Origin: Candidatus Omnitrophota bacterium
GTDB taxonomy: Bacteria; Omnitrophota; Gorgyraeia; Duberdicusellales; 4484-171
Assembly: GCA_024231025.1 (NCBI GenBank)
Contig: JAAEQW010000111.1
Location: 11,055-75,054, forward strand
Direction: 5' to 3'
Length of the DNA: 64,000 nucleotides
Made by a program: the position numbers and the translations under genes
The notes under the pieces: model-generated
Seen by the model: only the letters and a program-made list of their open reading frames with translations
What the model was told of the DNA's origin: nothing
The model's database searches: none
In this document: piece by piece, positions 49,297-56,023 of the stretch
Position numbering within the stretch: the first letter of the stretch is position 1
Layout of the letters: every line of letters begins with the position of its first letter

Positions 49297-49325
49297 ATTT
49301 TACCTACTAGAGACTACAATGTCAA
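49297..49325 (-). promoter_or_regulatory. Sigma70 promoter of the pilMN-secretin operon
   Basis: TTGACA-17 bp-TAAAAT. Confidence 0.75.
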
Positions 49326-49399
49326 GAGAATTAGTGAGTTATGAAAAATTTTTAGTTGGCAGGACAAAAAATAAGGATTAAGGATTTCCGGACTTAATA

Positions 49400-49419
49400 C
49401 CTGCCTGCCGGCAGGCAGG
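49400..49419. repeat. Perfect 20-bp palindrome
   Basis: CCTGCCTGCCGGCAGGCAGG. Confidence 0.9.
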
Positions 49420-49463
49420 CTTATAACTTAAAACTTAAAACTAAACCAACAACCCATGGTTCT

Positions 49464-51299
49464 CTATTTCTCTTTCCATGATAGGCCGGTTGCACCCAAA
49501 ACAAATCCATCGGACGACACGTATGGATCCGTATATGTAGCAAATATTCCATTTTGTAAATACACATTATGACCGGCAATTGCTACTCCTCGTTGGCCGG
49601 CGCCAAAATTTTCACCAAAAAGATAATCAAAAGTTACATCACCATTTTCGGAATAAACGACTCCGGCAAATATTCTTTTCTGCGCGGTAAGTAATGGAAA
49701 AAATGATGTTGACGGCGGCCCAGAAAAAATATTACCGCCCTTAGTAGCCAATAGAGCTCTCGGACTGGCGGAACTCGCGGTTAAAGTTAGGCTGTCGTCG
49801 CCGATGATCGCAATATCTTTTTCGGCACAAATGCTTTTATTGGTTAAGCTTAAACTTCCTCCGCTGACATCAATTAAAACACCTCCCCCAACATACCAAT
49901 TTTGATTAGCGCTATTATTGGCACTGACTCGCATTGCGATGCCCACATCATGGTTGGAATGCCAAAGGTCAGCTTCATTATTATTTATCCTGGCACGTCT
50001 ACCACCAAAACCAACTCCGGTTATCCGCGCCCATTCATCATCACTCCAATCATCATTTAAGCTATAGTCTTTTATAACCATACCATTCATTCCAGTAAAA
50101 AATCCGCCATCACTAACGTATACCCGATTTCTAGCGGCACCACGTGGATTCCCCTGGGCTCTGGTCACTTCAAAAAATATGTCAGGTTGGGCAACTGGCG
50201 CTTGCCATCCTCCGCCGTCAAGTCTGGCACGACGATTCTGATTATTATAAAAACCAGTGCGTACTCTGCAGTAGGTGTCGTTATCCTGATCGGGCAAATC
50301 CCAAACTGCCCAATAAGTTCCGGCGGTAACTGCAGTATCAGCAACATCAATTTCGTTCCAGCTATTTGCAACCGGAGTGTAGGTCCCTGTAAGATTTGAA
50401 TCAGCCAGAATTCCTGATGGAGCTCCACCGGCATTAGTTTCGATTCGAACGGTTATATCATCGCCTGGAGCCGGGTCACTGCTATTGCCGTGTAAAGTTC
50501 TAATCGTGGTAATTGTTCTTCTGTTGGCATTACCATTCATTCGAAATGATTGAGCGTAATCATATTCAACACCAGCTACATCGCCTAACTGTACAGTATC
50601 TAAGTTAAGGGTTACGCTGCGCGTCAAAGGCGTCGGCCAAGTATTAGTTGCATTATTCTTAAACCAATCCATATCAATCGTTGGGTACGCTTCAGCCCCC
50701 ATAAAGCCTCGACTTCCACTACCCGTAGGAATTGACGCACTTTGCCAATCAACTCCGTTTTCATTGTGAGTAGCATCGCCATCACCCTCATAGCCATCAT
50801 CGGTACGGCCTAAGTCCTCATTAATTACAGTAATATCACCATCAAGATGACTTAATAAACCTGTAATTTGTGACCAATCAAAATAGTTTTTCGCCTGAAG
50901 CACTTTACCGATGGTTGCTGAAGTTAAAGTGAGTTCGATTGTCCTCTTTGCTCGACAACCGTTGATCCCCGCAACACAAACCGACTGCGAAGGAATATAC
51001 CCAACAACCGAGACCTCCACCAGTCCACCACCAGGACGAACAACTGTTATATCGTATTCACCTTTACCAATCTGATGCGGTAAATTGTCAGACACATCAG
51101 GCGCCCAGTCGCCATCGAGGTCAATTTGTTTTGCGGCCCAATTAACGCCGACTTCAGCAATCGAAAGTGCCCTCTCTGAATCAAGCGTACGAGTGCTTAC
51201 CTCTAAATCGACTGCGGTAAAATTAACTATCGTCCAGCCAATAACCGCCAGAATAAGCATCACAAAAACCGCAATAATTAAAGCTTGTGCTTTTTTCAT
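49464..51299 (-). CDS. Large PilX-like minor pilin with adhesin-like beta domains
   Basis: KKA|QALII, ALSIAEVG, C-terminal SWKE; central G/N/D/T/W-rich region. Confidence 0.78.
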   Translation of the reverse strand: MKKAQALIIAVFVMLILAVIGWTIVNFTAVDLEVSTRTLDSERALSIAEVGVNWAAKQIDLDGDWAPDVSDNLPHQIGKGEYDITVVRPGGGLVEVSVVGYIPSQSVCVAGINGCRAKRTIELTLTSATIGKVLQAKNYFDWSQITGLLSHLDGDITVINEDLGRTDDGYEGDGDATHNENGVDWQSASIPTGSGSRGFMGAEAYPTIDMDWFKNNATNTWPTPLTRSVTLNLDTVQLGDVAGVEYDYAQSFRMNGNANRRTITTIRTLHGNSSDPAPGDDITVRIETNAGGAPSGILADSNLTGTYTPVANSWNEIDVADTAVTAGTYWAVWDLPDQDNDTYCRVRTGFYNNQNRRARLDGGGWQAPVAQPDIFFEVTRAQGNPRGAARNRVYVSDGGFFTGMNGMVIKDYSLNDDWSDDEWARITGVGFGGRRARINNNEADLWHSNHDVGIAMRVSANNSANQNWYVGGGVLIDVSGGSLSLTNKSICAEKDIAIIGDDSLTLTASSASPRALLATKGGNIFSGPPSTSFFPLLTAQKRIFAGVVYSENGDVTFDYLFGENFGAGQRGVAIAGHNVYLQNGIFATYTDPYVSSDGFVLGATGLSWKEK

Positions 51300-51300
51300 A

Positions 51301-51828
51301 TTAGTATTTAAAACTTCTCGGAAAAACTTGATAACTTAGCTGCATCGTTTCATTCATATTTTGTAAAGTTACCGCAATTACAATAAGGTATGCATCCGCC
51401 GGAGTTGAAGTTGAAACATTATTTCTATCAATGTAGTCAAAATCAAAAGCGCTAACTCCATCTAGCAAAACATATGACGGCTCTGGCGCAGAAAATGTAC
51501 CGTCGTCGTCTGCATCTACCTCATATAATACTTCACTATTTCCAGCGTCATACCTATAACGCACTCTGGTTTCAGTGCCGCCAATATCTATTAAAAAAGT
51601 ACAGTCATCATCGTTAGAAATCTCAATTACGCTGAGCTTGCGCATATCACGGCCCATACGCATCAGTCCACGGCGCGCTTCATTAACAACATCACTGCGA
51701 AAAGACAAGAAATTCCATACATCCATAGCTTGAATCAAATAAGCCGAAACCCCCAGCGTCAAAAAACCAATAGTCGTTATAACCACGACCAACTCAATTA
51801 AAGTAACTGCTTTTCGTTTCATTTTCAA
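51301..51828 (-). CDS. PilW/GspJ/MshO-like minor pilin
   Basis: KA|VTLIELV, RMGRDMR, VFPRS. Confidence 0.82.
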   Translation of the reverse strand: MKMKRKAVTLIELVVVITTIGFLTLGVSAYLIQAMDVWNFLSFRSDVVNEARRGLMRMGRDMRKLSVIEISNDDDCTFLIDIGGTETRVRYRYDAGNSEVLYEVDADDDGTFSAPEPSYVLLDGVSAFDFDYIDRNNVSTSTPADAYLIVIAVTLQNMNETMQLSYQVFPRSFKY

Positions 51829-52316
51829 TAACCGCTGACTAGCGACTCCATCTCAACTGTTCCCGCTTCACCGTTAGCTTTAGTGACTGATACCGTAATC
51901 TTTTTAAAATCTGTCGGTGGGCTACTTGCTGCTTGCCAAGTGCTAGTACTTAATTCTTGATATTCTACCACGACCGAGCGCGCATAGCTTGACTGTGGTA
52001 TGTCGCTAAATCCGTGAAAATCATCGACATCATCAAAAGTAGTTTTATCGGCTGGATCTTCGCCATCAGCGCTAGCACCAAGATCGGCAACGGCGGTCCA
52101 ACTGCAACAGGCATTTTCATCAAATCGTTTCGAAACAATTTCTTCCATTAATCCCTGCGTATAAAAATTTGCCAATGCTACTTCTTCCGAAAAATTAGCC
52201 CGCCTCGTAACTTCAAAAAGCAGATTAATGAGTGTGGTAACCGCAACACCCAAAACAATAATAACCGCAACGATTTCTATTAACGTTATTGCTTTTTTAG
52301 TTGATTTTAAAAACAT
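51825..52316 (-). CDS. PilV/MshD-like minor pilin
   Basis: KA|ITLIE, LMEEI...FDE, FDDVDDF, KKITVSV. Confidence 0.82.
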   Translation of the reverse strand: MFLKSTKKAITLIEIVAVIIVLGVAVTTLINLLFEVTRRANFSEEVALANFYTQGLMEEIVSKRFDENACCSWTAVADLGASADGEDPADKTTFDDVDDFHGFSDIPQSSYARSVVVEYQELSTSTWQAASSPPTDFKKITVSVTKANGEAGTVEMESLVSGY

Positions 52317-52317
52317 A

Positions 52318-53001
52318 TTAATAAGTCGTTACAGTGTTAACCTTACCAGTCTGAGGAATAATAGTAATCGTTATACTCTCGCCAACATAGTCTAGCACAA
52401 CTGTTCCGTTTGCTGTTAAATTATTGCCATCTCTATCCTGGGGAATACCTTCCCAATCAAAACGCAAATAATCAGTAGCATTAAAATTAGCACTAGCAAT
52501 CGCCGGCCCTCGATACTGAGGGTCGGTTGTATAGTCGACTTCTAGATCTTGCCGAGTAAAAGGATCCATCAACGCTGTCCATTGACCAGAATCGGTGCAA
52601 TCCGATAAACCCGGATCGCACTGAAAAGCCAAGTATCTCTCCTGGTCAGTTCTAAAGTAAATTGCGGTGTTTATATGTGCGGAAACAGCCTTATTCTGAG
52701 CGTAGCGGATGTCTGATATCAATTTTCTGCCCGCTCCTTGAAATTTTATCAACTGAAACACCTCAAAGCGAGGGGTAGCTATAACCACCAATATGCCGAT
52801 AATAACAATCACGGCAATTGATTCTAAAATCGTGAAGCTCTGCCGCCTCACAGTGGTGGATTCTGATCTTTCAGTGTCCCGCTTTGGTGAAGCGAAACCC
52901 TGAGCAGAAAACCATCCATCCACGTCCTTACAGACGCGGTTTTCTGTCGAATGGGTGAACCCCGCCGAACACTTTTTTAATTTTTTAATTTGGAAATGCA
53001 T
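52318..53001 (-). CDS. FimT/GspH/MshC-like minor pilin with a 41-aa insertion in the leader
   Basis: AG|FT...QS|FTILESIAVIVIIG; SDIRYAQ, F...G.P and TG motifs. Confidence 0.82.
   Translation of the reverse strand: MHFQIKKLKKCSAGFTHSTENRVCKDVDGWFSAQGFASPKRDTERSESTTVRRQSFTILESIAVIVIIGILVVIATPRFEVFQLIKFQGAGRKLISDIRYAQNKAVSAHINTAIYFRTDQERYLAFQCDPGLSDCTDSGQWTALMDPFTRQDLEVDYTTDPQYRGPAIASANFNATDYLRFDWEGIPQDRDGNNLTANGTVVLDYVGESITITIIPQTGKVNTVTTY
52832..52959. repeat. In-frame 123-bp structured insertion flanked by TTCAC direct repeats
   Basis: GTGAA at 52832 and 52955; internal CCCTGAGC-AGAAAACC...GGTTTTCT-GTCGAATGGG hairpin. Confidence 0.7.
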
Positions 53002-53017
53002 CGCTTAATGGCGAAGA

Positions 53018-55126
53018 TTATTTAGCCGAAGATAACAGCTCTATCCGCGCGATAGCGCTCTTGATGATGGCTTTTAATTTCTCTATTTCTTTTGTTTTGT
53101 ATTCTACTTCTTCAATCAATTCTTTTTTACTTCTTACGCGCGTATCCAATTTTTCTGTTTGCTTATCCATCTTTTTTTGAAGACTAGTGTTTTCGGCGTC
53201 CTTAAGCATTGCTTCCTTAACCATCGCGACTATCTTCGCCTTATGAATAGCAACTATTTGCTTTGGGTCCCCTATCTTTGAATCACTACCGGTTGGAAAT
53301 GATTTTTCAATATACTCAACCGCATATTCAATTGAAATCATCAAACGTTCAATCTCTTTATTTTTTAATTTTATCTCCTTAAGAAGACGTTTAATTTCTC
53401 TGGCTTCTTTGGTGTCGCCTTTTTTCTCGATAGCTAAATCACTTTTTACTTGCTTTAGCTCATCATTCTTTTTATCTAATTGGTCACCGAGTTTTTTTAT
53501 CCTTTCTTCATGAACCGATATGATTTGAGAAATTTTCTTTTCTTCAAATTGCCGCGAAGCTGCTTTTTTGTCGAATTCAGCTTTTTTTAATTGTTTTTTC
53601 AAATCAGCTTCACTGCCAGATGAGGCAGCCAGTTTACCCTCAATCCTTTGAACAACATTATCTTTTTCAGCAAGTTTAGTGTGCAACTTTTCTATTTCCT
53701 TTTCTTTATTGTCAAGATTATCAGATATCCGGCGTTTTTGACGCACGAGAGTATTTATTTCTTTATTCGCGGCAGCCAATTTCTCCTTAAAGCCATTTTC
53801 CTGGCCGGAAAAATCATTTAATTTATTCTCGACTCTTTTGGCAGCCTCTTTTTCTTTTTTTGCAATTGCTATTAAATCAGTTACTTCATCATTTCGGCTC
53901 TCAAGCTCAGTTGTTAACCTTGCTTTCTCTTTTACAAGATCGTTTATTTTTTCTTCAGCCTTTTTTAGTTCTTTTTTAAAATTAGCTCCCTGCTGTTGCA
54001 ATTGAAGTTCTTTTGCCTCGCCTTCTTTTTCAGATAATTTAGCAACTAACTCTTCTTTTTCCTGAAGTAACTTTTGCGTGTATTCGCGGCTTTCTTTTAG
54101 CTCGCCCTCGATGCTGCCTGTTTGTTCAGAGGCAATGCGCGCACCCTCTAGAGCTTCTGATTTTACTCTTAGTTGAGCACGTAAGCTGCTTATCTCACTA
54201 TCTTTGTCTTGCAACTGCGCTGAAAGTTTTACTCTTTGCGCGGACACTTCTTTTAATTCGTTGTCTAATTTTTTTAAGCTTTCTGCTAAACTGGATTCAT
54301 CGCCCGTTGCTTGCTTGAGTCGCTCATGAGCATCTTTGGCAGACTTCTCTTTTTCGGCCAATTGAGACTTTAGTTTTTGTACTTGGTTTTGCAAACTATC
54401 AGCCTTAATTGCAATCTCTTCTTTTTCTTTCAACGCAATTTTTAAATTGCTATTTACCTCGTCTAAATTGTTTTCTATTTCGGACTTGCTCCCGGAATAC
54501 TTAGCAATCTTATCGCGAGAACTTTCAGTTTGACGCACTTGGCTGGCTAAATCTTTTTTTAAATTACCTATCTCTTTGCTTTTGCTTTGGAGCTCTACCA
54601 ATAAGTCTCTTTTTTCATTTAAGGCAAATTCCAAATTATCACCCAGTCGTTCCAATTTATTTTCAGTAGCTATTTTATCGCTTGATAATTTGTCCAATTG
54701 GGTTTTGGCTTCTTTTGCGATTTTTTTCTGCTCGGCTAGCTCAACCTTTAAACTTTTTACTTGCTGATCTCTGTCGTTAAGTTGAGTATTAAGCTTTTCT
54801 ATCTCTTTATCTTGCTGCGGTGAAGATTTATAGACTATCTCTTTTTTAGGAGCTTTCTTTAGGTCGGCTTTTAATTCTTTAATGGTGTATTTGTTTTCGT
54901 TGAGCTTATCTTTTAGAGTGTCAACTTGATTGGTGAGGTTCTTTTTTTCTTTCAGAAGAGAAAAATATCTCTTCTGCAGGCTATCGATATTGGCAGTTTC
55001 TGCTTCGATAACTTCTTCAAGAAGCTGTATTTTAGAAGTAAGTTCGGCTTCCAAATCCTCCGCGAATAATGGATGCGCAAAAACTAACAACAGGGAAGTT
55101 ATTTTTAAAACATTCTTAATTTTCAT
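53018..55126 (-). CDS. Exported long coiled-coil protein
   Basis: Signal peptide (..HPLFA|ED) and ~680 aa of K/E-rich heptads with repeated 'KIAL.EKEEL' type units. Confidence 0.8.
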   Translation of the reverse strand: MKIKNVLKITSLLLVFAHPLFAEDLEAELTSKIQLLEEVIEAETANIDSLQKRYFSLLKEKKNLTNQVDTLKDKLNENKYTIKELKADLKKAPKKEIVYKSSPQQDKEIEKLNTQLNDRDQQVKSLKVELAEQKKIAKEAKTQLDKLSSDKIATENKLERLGDNLEFALNEKRDLLVELQSKSKEIGNLKKDLASQVRQTESSRDKIAKYSGSKSEIENNLDEVNSNLKIALKEKEEIAIKADSLQNQVQKLKSQLAEKEKSAKDAHERLKQATGDESSLAESLKKLDNELKEVSAQRVKLSAQLQDKDSEISSLRAQLRVKSEALEGARIASEQTGSIEGELKESREYTQKLLQEKEELVAKLSEKEGEAKELQLQQQGANFKKELKKAEEKINDLVKEKARLTTELESRNDEVTDLIAIAKKEKEAAKRVENKLNDFSGQENGFKEKLAAANKEINTLVRQKRRISDNLDNKEKEIEKLHTKLAEKDNVVQRIEGKLAASSGSEADLKKQLKKAEFDKKAASRQFEEKKISQIISVHEERIKKLGDQLDKKNDELKQVKSDLAIEKKGDTKEAREIKRLLKEIKLKNKEIERLMISIEYAVEYIEKSFPTGSDSKIGDPKQIVAIHKAKIVAMVKEAMLKDAENTSLQKKMDKQTEKLDTRVRSKKELIEEVEYKTKEIEKLKAIIKSAIARIELLSSAK

Positions 55127-55139
55127 ACTCTTATAGAAA

Positions 55140-55787
55140 TTATATCTGTCGCTTATGTATTGTCAATGGTTTTGTTGAAGGATGCCATCTTCTTGTAGGG
55201 ACGCGATTTATCGCGTCCTTTACGTTATCATTCATATTGTACATTATTTCGTTTTTATTTTCCGTATCCAATTGCCAATTTTTTGGATTATTACGAATAT
55301 ATTTTCGAACCGCATATAATGACTGGTCATTTCGAACAATTTGGTCATAGAACCGTCCTTGCCATAAAAAAATATTCCCTGACTTGCGGATTTCGTATGT
55401 TACCCGCCCTTTATACCAACGTATTATTTTTGATAATGAAACGCCGCATGAATCGCGTATTGCAATAATACCATGCACATGATTGGGCATTATAACATAT
55501 TCATCTAATTCAACGAATGGAAATTGGACCACAATATTATCCCAATATTTATTGACAATTTTACCGTTATCATTTAAAAGGACGCGATAAATCGCGTCCC
55601 TACAAATAATTTTGCCGAAATAATTTTCTTTGTTTTTTACACATATGGTAACACCATATATACCATTTCGTGAATAATCATGATTTCTTAACCGAATTAA
55701 TTTACGATTTCCTGACATAGCGACATTATAACAAGAAGGCCCTGCCTTGAACATTATTTTCCATCCATTTTTGTTTTTGGTTCTCAA
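55140..55787 (-). CDS. REP-associated tyrosine transposase (Y1_Tnp)
   Basis: RKLIRLRNHDYS, VTIC, YVIMPNHVHGI, WQGRFYDQIVR, YIRNNP.NW. The true start is probably MSGNRK. Confidence 0.9.
   Translation of the reverse strand: MRTKNKNGWKIMFKAGPSCYNVAMSGNRKLIRLRNHDYSRNGIYGVTICVKNKENYFGKIICRDAIYRVLLNDNGKIVNKYWDNIVVQFPFVELDEYVIMPNHVHGIIAIRDSCGVSLSKIIRWYKGRVTYEIRKSGNIFLWQGRFYDQIVRNDQSLYAVRKYIRNNPKNWQLDTENKNEIMYNMNDNVKDAINRVPTRRWHPSTKPLTIHKRQI
55193..55605. repeat. Two GTAG-type REPs in inverted orientation inside the RAYT gene
   Basis: TTGTAGGGACGCGATTTATCGCGTCCTTT at 55193-55221 and its exact reverse complement at 55577-55605. Confidence 0.92.
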
Positions 55788-55988
55788 AAGGAAGCGCCTC
55801 GGTTTAGGCGAATTGATGCAAAAATATTTTAAAAAAAATGAAATATTGCCTCCAAGAGCTTACCGCTAAATCGTCGATTGTTTGATAGGGCGAAATATTA
55901 TTCATAAAAGTAATTGTGAATATGGGCGTATCAAAATTATCATCGTGGGGGGGCACATTGCATGTGCCCTGTTATTTTGTTGTCAAGT

Positions 55989-56021
55989 AACCCGCCTACA
56001 CCTACGCGGTGTAGGCGGGTT
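55989..56021. terminator. 14-bp stem-loop just after the giant gene (terminator or REP-like)
   Basis: AACCCGCCTACACC-TACGC-GGTGTAGGCGGGTT. Confidence 0.65.
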
Positions 56022-56023
56022 TA

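Noticed and set aside
53018-55126. SMC or chromosome segregation protein
   Set aside because: No Walker A/B or hinge motifs, and it has a signal peptide.
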